The notes under the pieces: model-generated | Seen by the model: the letters and a program-made list of their open reading frames with translations, nothing else | The model's database searches: none | Told to the model about the DNA's origin: nothing | Made by a program: the position numbers and the translations under genes | Origin: Dimorphilus gyrociliatus | Taxonomy: Eukaryota; Animalia; Annelida | Assembly (NCBI GenBank): GCA_904063045.1 | Contig: CAJFCJ010000005.1 | Location: 3,218,165 to 3,282,164 of the forward strand | Direction: 5' to 3' | DNA length: 64,000 nucleotides | In this document: one piece after another, positions 12,672 through 26,922 of the stretch | Position numbering within the stretch: the first letter of the stretch is position 1 | Layout: every line of letters starts with the position of its first letter

Positions 12672-15600
12672 TTATTTGTGTTTCTTTTTTGATACTGAAA
12701 ACCAAACAATAGAAAGTTGTTTACAACAATTTTTAATAAGAAATTAATATTTTAATTAGGGATTGTTTACCATTGTTTAATTCTTTTTTCACTTCATTAA
12801 CATCCTTTTCAAGGCCAGTAAGAAATATTTCATTACCAAGACACATTTTATCAACAGTATCACTTTTATTTAAGACGTCTTTATATTGTTGCTGATTGTA
12901 GTCATAAGAAATAAATAATAGATTGGGTTAATATCTCTTTAATTCTTATTCTATTTAATTATTTTTACTTTTTTATTCTGAATACAAGTAGTATTTAAAG
13001 TAATGACAGTAGTTTGCACTTTTTTACAAAGCTTGGTACATTCTTTATTTAATGTCTCTAAATCTTTTCCAATAAATTTCGCTTCATAATAATTATCTAT
13101 TTGTCATATTTATACGTAATTAGCATAAGTAGCATATACTAATCTTAATTTTAAATACTTACAACACTTGTGTAAAGCAGTATCCCTAAAGGCATCCCTA
13201 TCACACTGTTTTCTTGTAAAGAGTTCAATTCTTTTAATGCAAGATAGTTTATTCTTGAAATACATTTCTATAATATTAAATAAATCTGTATGATTTGGTT
13301 GATCGTTCCAAATATTATCTGCAAAAAAACGTAATATATATAAAAAAGAGAAATTAATACAACATTGAATTGGATATTAACCAGCAAAAGAGGGAAAAGT
13401 GATAGAACGTAAGTTATTTTCCTCGGCTGTAGATAAAGCTCTAAATAATTGTTCCTTAATTCCGGATGCCGGTTTTGAGAATATTATTGTTCTTTTGTCG
13501 ATTTTAGTGCAAATTACTTCTTTCTTTTTCAATTCGTTATGATTAAGAAGTATCCTGAAGTGGTTACATATATATTCTGTTATTGGAAGCTTTGGTGAAT
13601 TTGATTCAGGAATTGGACAAATTAAAGCATCCGTTGTGAAGCTTGTTAATTTCAGCTGCTCCACAAATATCTAATTATTCAAAGTGAAAACAGGAAATGG
13701 TTAGAAAGAATATTTTGCAATAGAAAGTAATTACTTGAACTTTGTTGTATAAGAGAAAATGGTCAGTTTTCTCCACCCATGGAAGGATACTTAATTGTTT
13801 TTCTACTTTCTTCGAAAGATAAATAAAAGTATATTAATAAAATATAAAATAGGAGCAAATATATCCTCTCACTTACATTTAGAATGTGTTCGCTTTGTAT
13901 AACAATTGTAACTTTCTCTAAACCATTTTCTCTACCATATTTATCACTTATATGTTTAATAGTATCAATCACATATTCATCTGGATAGTTTAGATATCCT
14001 GCACCAAGGAGAGGAAGAGATAGACTTTTTACTTTCAGTGATTTTGCTTCAGTAAAGCATATTTTTAGTATTTCATCTAATTTCTGAAATATTAATGAGG
14101 GAGAATTTGCGAATACTGTATCGATCAAAAAATGCATTTACCGTATAATTTCTATCTGATGATGATTTTTCTAAATATAAATGAAAGACATATCGACAAT
14201 GGAGTTTAAATCCTTTTGTAACAGTTATGTTTTCCCGAAAATTCCTGATTTTACATTCTTTTTCTAAATCTTCTCCAGCAGCATCACTTAAAGCTTTAGC
14301 AATTCCCTTGTTAAAGTTAAGCGATCTTGAATTGCTATATGCTATTACATCTGCTTTTTCTGACGTAAGATCTCCATATTTAACTTTTAAAATAGAGGGA
14401 GGAAAATCAATATATTCAAATGTATCATAACTTTCTGAATTTTGCAATAAATCATTAACACGTTTATGTAGTATAGGTTTAAAATTTTCAGTAGATTTTT
14501 GGCTGTGTGTGATAATTTGGATCGTTTGCAGGTCCTCAAAATCTAGAGCGAGTTTGTCAATGAAAAGTACTTTGAAAATCAAAGAAACTAAATCCTGGAT
14601 ATGCTGTTGCTTATTAGAGATTTCTTTAGATATTAGAGGTATTTGAATAATTTGTTGCCCGTCTTTATCAATCTTTTTCAAAATTTTTGTCATCTGTGAT
14701 ATTTTTTCAGAATCCCATTTATCTATATAATATGCAGTTGCACCAGATTTTAAAGTAATTTTTTCGCAAGTTTCTGTGATGATATTCCGAATCTCTCGGT
14801 CTTCACCTTCAAAGCAACGTTTTATACAAATATCAGGAAAAATTATCACATCTTTTAGTGCATCTTGTGAAAATTTGTGAGAAATTTGAATTGTCAAGGT
14901 ATCTTTATTATTCTTTATAATTTGTCGATTATGTAATTCACCAATCCCTATATTAACTCCATCCTTTAGTTCAAAAAGTTGACGATTATATGGTGTAAAA
15001 GAAGATTTTAGTAATTTTTTCAAATACTTTGCATGAGATTCGGAAATAATTTTCGAAATTGTAATATCTTTTTTTTCCCTTAATAGTTTTAACTGACAAA
15101 TAAAATCATCAACATCTTTGATCGGACCTTCTATTTCAAGTTTATAAAAATTCTTTTGTTTGGTTTTGGTAAATTCAATATGGTATTTTTTCTCTAATTT
15201 TGAAATATTCTCCTTATTCTTGTCAAAAAATTTAATTTCTAAGTCAAACGATTCGTACTTGAATGATTTTGTTATATTGTCAAATATAGTTTCAATTTCA
15301 GTCGCTATTTCTTTTGATTCTGCAGTTATAAATAAATTCTTCTTGTCGAAGGAGAGAGAATAACTGTTCTTATTGTCTATTTTTTCTTTTAGTTGCTGTT
15401 CAAAAGAAGACCTAGGAAATGAACTAATCGACTTCTTACGAGTGGTGCAATCTCTTAGAAAATAGGTAAGGCTCTTGACAATTCCCTTCCGATTCTCTTG
15501 TACAATTATAATCCCTAATTCAGTTGTGCATTTAGGCTTAGAATCGAAGACAATGATATGATCTTTTCTAAGTATCTTCAAAATATCCTTCTTGTTTAAT

Positions 15601-18568
15601 AAAAATTCTTTATTGCTAGGACTTTCTACATCAAAGTCCATCTCTTTCAAAATATCATGTTCTTGTAATTTGTTTTTTAAAACTTCTTTAATAGTCCTAA
15701 TATCGGTTACTGGACCTTTAAATACAACACAGCAATTCGAATCATGTTGAATTAGAATTCCATCAAGTTCAAATCCATATTTGGTTATAATCTTATAGTC
15801 AGAAGTGGAAAACTTGAAAAGATATTTATCGAGTTTTTTGAAAAATTTGTTCAACTCTGTTTCAACGTCTTCCTTCCATGAATACTGAAGATCACATACC
15901 TTCTCATTATAGTTATACCTTATTTCAATACTGTCATCTACTCTATTAATACTAAACTTTGCTTTGAACTTTCGCAAACAGTCAAAAAGTTTTCTTCTAT
16001 ATTCAACAGAAAAAATAATGAAAGATGTAAACTCTGTCTCATAAAGAAAGCAGTCTACAATTCCGCTTCTTGGTTGGTGAAAAGGGAAATTATGTGGAAT
16101 TTTTCCAAAAGTTTCAATGTATGGAAGAAATTCCAAGACTTTTGATTTATATTTCATTTCATTATTAATAAATAGCTTCAAATCTATTATTATACGTTTC
16201 TTATTGAATACATTTAATAATTTTAATTATAATTTACTAACCTCTTACTCTTTCTTCCTTCAATAAAATTTCAATTTCATCCTCAATTAGCCTTGAGTCA
16301 CATTTGCATATATTATTTTTTTCAAGTGTCACTTTCAAATCTTTAAGTGTTATATTTGAATTGTGGAGACAAAATTTAATTTTACCATCGTCGACTCTAT
16401 CAACAACCAACATTTTACTTTTGAAAGAATGAATTCCAAATCTCAGTTCTAGATTTTCTACATCTGTTTTAAAAACAGGATGAGTCTTAATAATATAAAA
16501 GTGTTCAGTATTTACCTATTGGTTCGTAGAAATATATAAGCGCCTTATATTTATTGGATTCTTTTGGAGAAAAGAATGCTTTGCAATCTGAATTTGTGTA
16601 CTCTCTTAACTTGTTTTTTAATTCATCTATTGTCTCTAGTTTTGGTAGATTACACAGAATAATAAAACTATCAGAGAAACTTAAAGGTTTAGAAGGATTC
16701 GTTAATTGTTTTTGAATATGATAATCTACTTTTTTGCTACCAAGAAATTGTTTTTCTTTCCTTAAAAATTCTTCCAAATCTATAAGAAAATCGTAAGTCA
16801 TATGCAAGTTCAATGAAGTTTAAAATTTACTTGAGTAATTTTTAAAGTTGTAATAAACTTCTGAATCAGTTTCGAAATCAATTTCAAATGTTGAAGAATA
16901 CTCGGCTATTTTTCTTTTTACACCCTCAAACTCGTCATAAAAGCAATCTTTTTCTTGTTTTATCATAAAAGAACATGAGGAATATCCACAACAGTTAGTT
17001 ACCGAGGGAGGTACTTTAATAGGTGCTACTGTTATGTCATTTTTTTCCGCTTTATCAATTTGATAAAGTGCATATTCTTTTAAATCTAATGGAAAGAACT
17101 CTATTTTCATGTAACAAACGATATCGTCCTTCGTTTCAATAAAATACTTTGCATCTTGAGAGTTTGATGAAATTAGAATTTATAACAATTTAAATAAAAT
17201 AATCATTTACCTTCAATCTTTTCAAAAGTGACAAAACTCATTTTAGGTAAAATAATAGTATCTATCACTTTAGCTTGCGATCGTAATATATCCATAACAT
17301 CGTGTAGACGATTTATTACTTTATCTGCCGCAATTATTTTGATTGTTCTTTTAAGAAAACCGCCAGTAACATTAATAGACGCAGGAGAATATATATTGTA
17401 GTCTTTTAGCGCAGTTTCTTTATTCCGACATATGATATGTGTAGCGTCTAAAATGATAATTATGATTAAAAGCATCTAAAAAAATTGAACGTTACGTTGG
17501 TCGTACATTTATCTCTGTAATAATTAATTAAGGCTGAATATTTTTTACAATAGATGTTTTCGATTGCTTGTTTCAAAGTTTCATCCAGCTCATTCCGAGC
17601 TATTTCAAATTTGATCCTCAGATCAAAATCATCTAAATCTGATTCTTTATTCTTTTTTTCAACATAAACGTAATGATTTCCCTCTTCAAGTACATATAAC
17701 ATCCGTTTTTTAAATAAAATTCCTTTGGAGCAAGCCTTCAAAACTTTCCTTGTAACTGAAAATTAAGTTATTATATTTTGAAATTATTGAAATGAAAATT
17801 ACGTTATTATACCATCAAATGATTTATATCGAATGTATACAACTTCAGACTTTCTAACTATTTCATCGAAATCCTCTCCATTTGTTTCTTCAGATGAAAA
17901 TAACTCTTTCAATTCATCAAGTTCTATTTTTTGAGCATTTAAAACAGCTACTCTAGGTATTTCATTCTCAGTGCAGGCTGTTTCTTCATAACCACGTTTG
18001 TGAGTTGTCTTTGCTGGTATATTTTCGTCTTCGCTTTGTTGGTCTAGACAAACAGCTTCGGTGACCGAAGCTTCCTCTCGAATATTGATGTCATTTTTCA
18101 TAGAATTATCTATGATGGGCGTTTCTTTGTCGTGTTCATTTTTACAATTTACTTCTAGACTCACTTGGGAAGTAAATGTACGTTCGTCCTTTAAAATATT
18201 GTCCTGATTATCTGTATACGGAAATATGTTTCGTAATACTAAAAATTTATGACGAATCACAGTTCTAGTTTCGGTTTTAAATGTAAATTACGTTGCAAGA
18301 TATTCATAAATACTGTATATGCTTCATTAAATAGTACATTTGCAGTATACTATTTGTTTTGTTTTGACATCCTTAACTATTTTGTAATAATTCGAAACTA
18401 TTACGATATAAAAGAATAAGCAATAGACTGTAGAACACAAATGTTACCCTCGTTATTTATGCTTGATTGTTGATTTCCTTCCGAAGAACATTTATCATTT
18501 TCCTCCATATTTTTCTCTGTGTTTGAATTCTCCGTTGAAGAATCTGAAGATTTCTGTGCATCGGACAT
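12672..18568 (-). CDS. PARP14-like multidomain protein A (RRM-like/KH-like region + two macrodomains) with no WWE or ART domain; multi-exon, 3' exons approximate
   Basis: ATG at 18568 (MSDAQKSS..). RRM-like segment IILCNLPK..KALIYFYEPI. Large exon about 16.2-14.1 kb. Macrodomain VKYGDLTSEKADVIAYSNS..GIAKALSDAAGEDLEKEC..VTKGFKLHCRYVFH | ..SLSLPLLGAGYLNYP. Second diverged macrodomain ALICPI..RSITFPS. Last exons NEIFLTGLEKDVNEVKKELNN|VSKKKHK*. Confidence 0.8.
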
Positions 18569-19229
18569 ATTTGGAGTTTCCAGTTTCTATTTTCGTTTAG
18601 TTGCTATCCTCCTTTTCAGATTTAACAAATTATATTATTTTAGCTGATATAGTTGTTTAATCATTAAAAAACTCTATAAAGACTCAATTGGGTGAAATGA
18701 ATAGATGCAGCTTTATAGTGTTACTTACAACTCTTATACTAAATCAGAGGAAAAAATAATTAAATTGAACTGTATAGAGGTCGCTTCAAACTTACCAGTT
18801 AATTTTTTTTATGGCGGCAATATTTTTTTTAAACCAATCAGCGTGTTTACAATACTGTACATAGGAAATAAAAAGTCTACATATCTAATCTTATTTGCTC
18901 ATTTACTCGATGATCGTTAAAAGATAAATTAATATAAATTAATACTTATAATTATTAAATTAATAAAAAAATAGATCAATTTATCTGTCATGTTAAAATA
19001 GTAGGAAAACTGCTTATAAGTTGAAAAAAAGGAAATATACAAATAAATAATAAATTAGTGAATAGATAAGAAGATAATTTATAATTTAACTATATCAGAT
19101 AAGAAATATTACAAGTTGAATTCGATTAGAATATCTTAGATGTTATCTATAAATAATGGAGAATAAGATTAATAATCAATAGATTTTATAGAAAAAAATT
19201 TCGTAGAGAGTAACAATTGCAGATATAAA

Positions 19230-21180
19230 ATGGAGGAAAATTCAATGGACACTAAAGATATGATTGATTTAAAGAGAAATAAAGAAAAGAAGAAAATTCT
19301 TAAAAACATAATAATAATTAGCTTTTGCTTCTTATTAAATTTTTCGGCGTTTAATGGATTGGGTCGTCTTCAGGTAGGAACTTTAATGATTCTTTTATTT
19401 TTTTCAAAATACAGTAAACAGTATTCAACATTCTTTATATTGTTAATAACTTCCAGTACTAACTTTCTTTCTATGTTTTAAAAGCATAAAATGAATAAAT
19501 GAAATCTATATTTACGTTCAAGTTATAATAATTATTCATAAATTGTTAAAATATATTGATTTATTTAAATTTTTCTCTATTAAAGAGCTCTCTGCATAGA
19601 TCTCAAAATATGGGAACAACTAATCAAAGTATTCTATACGGTGCATTAGTTCTTTCTTGTCTTCTTCTCCCGAAATTAATGATCAGACTTTTAAAGCACA
19701 AACGTGTTATGGGCTTTGCGTTCATTGGGTATATTTTATGGATGGGTGCTAATGGTGTTGGTGTATGGGGTACCATGGTACCAGCAAGCGTAATTGTAGG
19801 TTTGTTTTGTGAAATTATCAACTTTTGAAAAGAAGAATTGTTACTAGCAATTCGAATTGTAATTACAGGTATTGTAGCTGCACCCCTTTGGACTGCTCAA
19901 TGCTCTTATTTCACCAAAGTTGCTGGAAAGTACTGCAAGTTGGTAAACTGTACTGAAGAGGCTGCTGTTTCCGTTTTCTTTGGAATTTTTTTCTGCTTCT
20001 TCCAAACCGGTAAAGTTTAATGTTTTCTATATTTTAGATAAATAACTCTTTTTAAACCTTAATTTTTAATATAGCTAGTATTCTTGGATCAATTATTTCA
20101 AGTACAGTATTGAGGCCGAGGACTGAAGGTGGAGATAAACCACCTACCCCCGAAGCTCTTGCATATTGTGGATATAGAGATTGTCCCTATCAGCAAGGTA
20201 ACGTGACAAATCCAAATTTAGAGAAACCGAAAAGTTCAGTCATTTGGACGATGGTTGGTATATATATGGGGGTAGCTTTTTGCGCAGTTATCATAATTCT
20301 AAGTCCTCTTGTCGATCCTCTTCAAAGGGAACTGGAAGACGAAAAAAAGCCTCTAAAAGAGGAAGCTTTTAGTTTATTTATAGGAACAGTACGTCATCTG
20401 AAACACAAGAAACAACTATTGTTGATACCTATTACAATGTATTCAGGTTTAGAACAAGCTTTCTTTTCGGCTGAATGGAATAATGTAAAATTTAAATCAG
20501 AACCTTCTAAAAGTGTTTTTAGCTTATTGTTCTTATTTCAGTCATTTATAACATGTACCATTGGGATATGGAAAGTTGGTTTGGCGACACTACCTTTTGG
20601 CGTTGTCAATGCAATTTGCTCATTTTCAAGTGGCAGATTAGTTAAATATATTGGTAGATGGCCTTTCTTTTTGATAGGTTTCTTAATCGACTTTGGTATT
20701 CTAATTGCACTTACAAGATGGAGACCTGACCCTGGTAAAGAGTATCTTTTCTATATCATCTCTGGTCTATGGGGTCTAACAGATGGTATATGGCAAACGC
20801 AGATTAATGGTACGTTTACTCTTGTTTATGCAATTTGAATGTTTAACTATAGAAAAATATATTTAAAATAGCTTTATACGGATGCGCCTTTAAAGATAGT
20901 GAAGCTGCTTTTTCAAACTATCGAATGTGGGAATCATTGGGCTCTATTATTGCCTTTGCATATAGGTATAGTCTCTCTCTCTCTCTCATCTTTTTCACTA
21001 TTAAACTATATATATTGTCTTATAAACAGCAAATATATATGCACAAATGCCAAAATATACGTTCAAATATCTGTTCTCTGCGTTGGTATAATCGGCTACA
21101 GTATAGTTGAGATAATGCTCTACAAGAACAAACGTTTGACAAAAACTACAACAGTTGAACCTGATCAAAATGAAGACTGA
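19230..21180 (+). CDS. unc-93: UNC-93-like MFS membrane protein (UNC93A-like)
   Basis: Motifs ILKNIIIISFCFLLNFSAFNGLGRLQ|SSLH, AAPLWTAQCSYFT, FFGIFFCFFQT, LLLIPITMYSGLEQAFF, GLWGLTDGIWQTQIN and NYRMWESLG; short GT-AG introns join the ORF pieces. Confidence 0.92.
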
Positions 21181-22382
21181 ATATAATTTATCATATTTTT
21201 TATATCAAAATATAAACAACAACGTTGACTTTTCATTATTATTTTTTATAGATGAATATTTAATATACAAGAAATTCTTTACTCTAGTTCTGAGACCTTT
21301 GAATATTTGATCTTGTATTACGAAATTCGCTGTGGTGACTGAGTTTCAATTTATTTTAGCCTCTATCGTTTCTCTCATACCTTTCTGTTGCATTTTTTAT
21401 TTTTTTTATACTTACATTAGGTTCTGTTTGTGTCGCTCAATTGGGTGCTTGACTCTACTCGTCTGTGGTACCACGTCTGCACCGCTTCTTCGGTTTTATT
21501 TACTTGTGACGTGATATCAACTCAAGCTGACCGACAACGATATGAACCCGAGTCACCTATCCTCAACACATGATAAACACTCACTCCCTCTCTTTTGCAT
21601 ACATTTATACTGACTCATACTGACACATAACATAGCAAAAAAGCTTCGTTTTGTTCATTTAATATTGTTAAAAACATAGAAATAATCAATAAATTCTACC
21701 AGTTTGCTTCTGCTATGCCAAAGTTGAAGGCATTGTTCCATCTAGAAAACGAAAGTAAAAATATGATATGAATAATCTGGCCCTGATTTTGCTTTGGTTT
21801 AATAACAATTTTCCTATACTGTATTGTTGAATTGTAGTCAATTTTGTAGTGGTTGTTGTTATTAATATAGATTCCAAGTTTTGTTATTTTCTGTGCCGAT
21901 AGGAGTCACTTTACAATCGAAACTAGAATATAATTCCTTATCCTCGTGAAGTTATGTAATTAAATTTCACTGTAAATCACCATAAGGATAATCCAAAAGG
22001 TAACCAATTAATTTATTAAAGCTTATATAGTTTAAATTGGAAGACAATTTTCAATTCCTTTTACCTTATTAAGCAACAAAAAAGACTTTTAAAAACAGCT
22101 GCATTATGCATTATCGTTCTCTATTGCTTGTATTCAAAAGAGAATAAGATATAAAGATAAAGAAGATTAAACTATGTTAAACTATATAAAAGATAATTAA
22201 GTAAATTGATTTGAAAATGGATAAAAACAAGATTTTCGAAAGAAATAAAGTGTAAAAATAATACAAGTTTTAGTGTAGAGAAATATTGAAAACTAATAAT
22301 TAAATACGTTTCAACAGGAATACGTTGGCTTGTTTCCAATAAGAATTTTATATACAATAGATATTGAAAAGAAGAGTTTGAA

Positions 22383-25300
22383 ATGGATCTTCGCTATAAA
22401 AACCATAAGAGAAGCTATGGTAAAATACATGTTATATTTAAATATTAATAAAATTATTAAGTCAAACAATTAAACATATCATTTAGGAAAAACATCGACA
22501 AAAAAGTCATTCAATTTAGATTGTCCTGTTAATTTAAGATCATTTTACATCTTGAAAGGATTACCCTTAATGAAATTAATATATGAAGTACAGAAATTTT
22601 TGAAAGGTGTAAAATCAACGATGAGATATTTTTTCTCATCTTCTATAGAGAATGAACGTGAGGTTCTTGTATATTTTTATCCGCCGATTGGTAAATATCT
22701 TTTTTGTTATGAATTAAACACTTTTATAATCCTCTTTTATTCGTTTTTCTTCGGATAGACCATAAAGATCTTCTCCATTATTTGAATAAAGCTAATTTTG
22801 GAACAATATCTCTTTATTTGGTACAAGAATGCTCATCATTATCTCTTTACGAGCCTAACCTTACTTATGAGGTAATCGCAAAATTAATGCTGCTTTCTCC
22901 AAATTGTATTATAGAAAAGACAAAAGCAAATCATTTTAAGGTTAACTTTCAAGGAGAGGACGTCGCATGTATGAATATAACAAATCTTCGTTGCATTAGA
23001 TCAGTAACTAATTTTTACTTGTATAGTTTTACGGAAGGTATTGTTGGATAGAATATGGTACCAAGGAAAACCTCTGGATTTTGTTCCAATAATCAGACAC
23101 TTTAAGATTAGTCCAGATAAATTTGACTACTCAATTCCAAGAAATAACATAATTGATCGATTTGAATATCCAACAGAATATGTTTCTTTTATCATATTTT
23201 CTCCCTATTTTCGCAAAAAACTGTTTGATACTTTACGACACCAAGACGCCAATTTTCAAATAAAGAGGATTGATCAGGTTCTTGAAATAACTTACCGTTT
23301 TAAAAGATCAAAGCAAATCTTAAATGAAAATTCGTCACGTATTTGGAAAATAAAAGTAGAAGAGGAATTGGCAGATTTTTTCAAAAAACTAGTGCAAATC
23401 AAAGTTGAAGATGGTTTCTTTTATAAAATACCATCAGGCAGAGATTTGCGTATAAATGGTGTATTAGTTGAATATTGTTCAAATCCTCCTCATATTAAAT
23501 TAACAGGATCACGTGAACATATTGTAAAGATTGAAAAAATTATGAAAAATCTAAACACATCGTGTAAAACTCTTGATATTAATACTAGGGATCCAGCTGT
23601 TAAACAGTTCTTGTTACAAAATGGTCTACTTGATGAACTGAGAAAGAAATATGTAATAGTTTTACTCTTAAATGACGATAATTCTAGAACTTATAGAATT
23701 TTTAGCTGTTCAAGTGATGAACATTCTATAAGGAGCTTTATTCAACAACAAGAAAATTTTATTAAAAGTAGAAAAATTGATGTAATCCACCAAAAACATC
23801 TTCTCAAAAAGTTGAAATTTTTCATAAAAAATGATGAAGACTATTGTTTAATATATGATGAACAGTCCACTTTTATTGCTGCTCAATCAAATGAAACTTT
23901 GGACATTATTGAAAGTTATCTATTGAGTCTTACGTTTGATGACAGTTCTTGTAGCCAAAGTCGTAGAGAGACAGCGATGGAAACGGAAACATATACATCA
24001 AATCCATGTAAGTCTAGTGCTAGCGAGAACGTGAAAGACAATAAATTGTCATATTTCGAAAGACAAATAGAAATATCAGAGGAAACGTACATTAATTGGA
24101 GCTACGAATTGACCCAAATTGAAAATAGTAATCCCATAGAGATATTATACAAAAGAGAACCGAAATTTTATACAAATCTTGTTATACGTGGAGAAGCTAA
24201 ATGTGTTGACAAGACGTATAATTTAATAAATATGTTAAAGTGTGAACAAGTTAATGGAATTTCTAACATATGTAATGATGAGGAGCATATATGTTATTTA
24301 TCCAAACTATACAAAAACAATAATGGTAAAATGGAATATAGATACAAACTTCACTCTCTAAATGATATTACTTATATTATCTGCCCACCATTTATTCAAA
24401 ATATTAGAAAACATAATGATCAAATATGTAAAGTCATAGTTTCTCATCATTTCGATAAGCTTTATACGCAAGCAATTGTAATTAATTCTTATACAAAGAT
24501 CGCTTATTTCTCTAAAGAAGTTAGAAGAAAATTTGAAGAAACAAAAAGCAAACAGAAAGTCATTGATGAGTTTTGTCAACTTCAGCAACAAAGAATATTT
24601 TATATTTCAAACCCTTCTTATTTGAAGAAAGAGAATTTTGAAGATTGTCTCGAAAGATCTAATAAATATCAATATAAATCTATTCAATTTTCATTAATAC
24701 AAGAAACCCACTGTTCCAGAGAAAGTGAATTAACACCTGAAAAAGTTGCTGAAACGATTTTAGATGCTATTTTTTCAAAAATTATATCTTTCAACAGCCT
24801 TGAAATAATTCACATAAACACTCGAAACGAAAAACAAACTAATGACATATTACCATTGCTATTGGAAAGAGTTAACACTCTAACTACTAATACTGATAGC
24901 AAATGTCTTGTAAAATGGTCCAACTATCCATCTTCTATTGTTAACATAGAATATGGCTCACTGAGCGACCAACAAGCAGACATAATTGCCTATGGAGCCG
25001 GGGAACAACTAGAAAGTAGCATACTCTCAAAATTATTGTTGGAGAAGGCAGGATATCAATTACAAACAGAATTTGATTCGAAAAAGTATCAGGAAAAAGA
25101 AATTATTGAAACAAAAGGTTATAACCTTAATTGTAAATATGTTTTTCACACACGTTTTAAACTATACGAATATGACCGAGACCTTTCAGTAAGTTGTACA
25201 TTAAATCATATTTTGTTCCTATATTTTGTTTTTTGTAATCATTTGTCAGAATATGGCTGATGTATTAGCTAAATGCTTTCGGAGAGCAGGGTTACTAAAT

Positions 25301-26418
25301 GCAAAGACTTTTTCTCTTCCACTAGTTGGGTCAGGGATTTTAAAGTATCCAGAGGAAAGTGTAATTAGTTTAGTAAAAACTATTGGCAATACTGTAGGCC
25401 GAAGACATGGTCTGAGAAGGATTACTATTGTGGTTATTGATCCTGGTATTTATAGGGTAAGTAGACATTATATATCTATATATTTACGATTAATCACTAA
25501 AGATTTTTTTGCGAAAGGCATTACAAAATCACGTAAAGACAGTCAGTCCTATTTGGGAAAATTGTTATGATAATTTTATCCTTTATGATAGAATAAATTT
25601 ATATGTAAGTTGTATCCAAGTGGAAAGCTTTTCCTTTTATTGAGCTATATATCTCTATCTTTATAGATTTGCGTTAAGAAAATGACAGAATCAACTTTTG
25701 AAAAAACAGCTTACGTGTACTTTTACCAAAATTCGCAGCATAAAGAGTTTGAGAGAATAGAGCAAATCCATCAAATATCTAGAAAGGAAATTTTGGAAAA
25801 AGCGAAAAAATCGGATACTTTCCTTATAAGTGATAAATGTATTTTTTCGAAATTGGGTAAAGAAAAGAAACAAGAAATATCTACAGTTTTAGACTTTGCA
25901 CATAGACATAAAATAGATTCACTTAGCTTTCCTTATTCATCAAGTAATATTTAACTTATAATAATTCTTATAAATGACAATTTGTTATAATTTTTCCAGT
26001 TCAACACTCAAGTTTGGAACGAAATGATAGTATTAAGGATTTTGTTAGTAATATAGAACATTACTTTAAGACGAAATATATTAGTATATCCATCAAAAGA
26101 ATTAATATAATAGCAAATTGCGGCGAGCAAGCCCGTCAATATACACGAGAAATGTTACTTAAATGTTGTGAGTACATTCAAATAACACCATTAAAGTTTA
26201 TTTGTAAAGATTAATTAATAACAAATTTCATTAGATCAAAATATAGAAGTAAGATTATTCGGAAAAGAATTGAATATTCTTAAAGATAAATTTAAAGAAT
26301 TAGCAGAAGAAATTGATAAAGAAGTTTATTACTAAAAACTGCAAATTGTGACACTATTGTAGGATTTACAAAATTCCATAATATAAATATACTATAGTTT
26401 GTTAATAACATAAAATAA
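22383..26418 (+). CDS. PARP14-like multidomain protein B, inverted paralogue of protein A; macrodomains but no ART domain; 3' end probably frameshifted
   Basis: MDLRYKNHKRSY|GKTS..VLVYFYPPIG| shares an intron position with gene A. The large exon aligns with A (EYVSFIIFSPYFRKKLFDTLR versus EFTSFIIFSVEYRRKLFDCLR). Macrodomain IEYGSLSDQQADIIAY..LSKLLLEKAGYQLQ..TKGYNLNCKYVFH | ..TFSLPLVGSGILKYP. Confidence 0.78.
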
Positions 26419-26922
26419 AGTAAAAGAAATCTGCAGTAAATGCTACAAATTACGAATAAACGAAAGGAACATTTATATCTTGGGATTTATGAATGAAATT
26501 ATGGAATTGAAAAACCTTATCGTAGTATATGTTATTCATTCAGACTCTCTTAATAATCTGTTTATGGCTTGTCCCTCTCATTTTTTAGAAATATTTAAAA
26601 CTATCAAACAATTACGTGACTCTTTAATATTGATATTGATTGAACTTGTTTAAACAAATTAAATGAGGTAAAGCGATTTTTGTGCTATTCCTTTTTCGAA
26701 AAATACTTAATAACAAAATAATAAATCGTTTAAAGGGAATTACACTCTGTCGCTATTTTAGGAAAAAAAAACCCTATTTATTCTTTCAGTTTCAGATTAT
26801 ACAGTATACTGTATATAATCTGCCTAGAATAAGGCAGCTTCATTTAACTTCAAAAGTTAACCATTACTGTTCCTATTGAGAAGGCTGATTAAATTCAGCT
26901 GAAAAAGTGTTAAATTTTCAGT

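Noticed and set aside
1415-21180. PRDM1 and an UNC93A-like gene are neighbours; both human genes lie on 6q
   Set aside because: They are far apart in human, and one gene pair cannot establish conserved linkage without a multi-genome synteny test.
21380-21420. Apparent minus-strand GTAAGT..CAG mini-intron
   Set aside because: Only 31 nt and the flanks are not coding.
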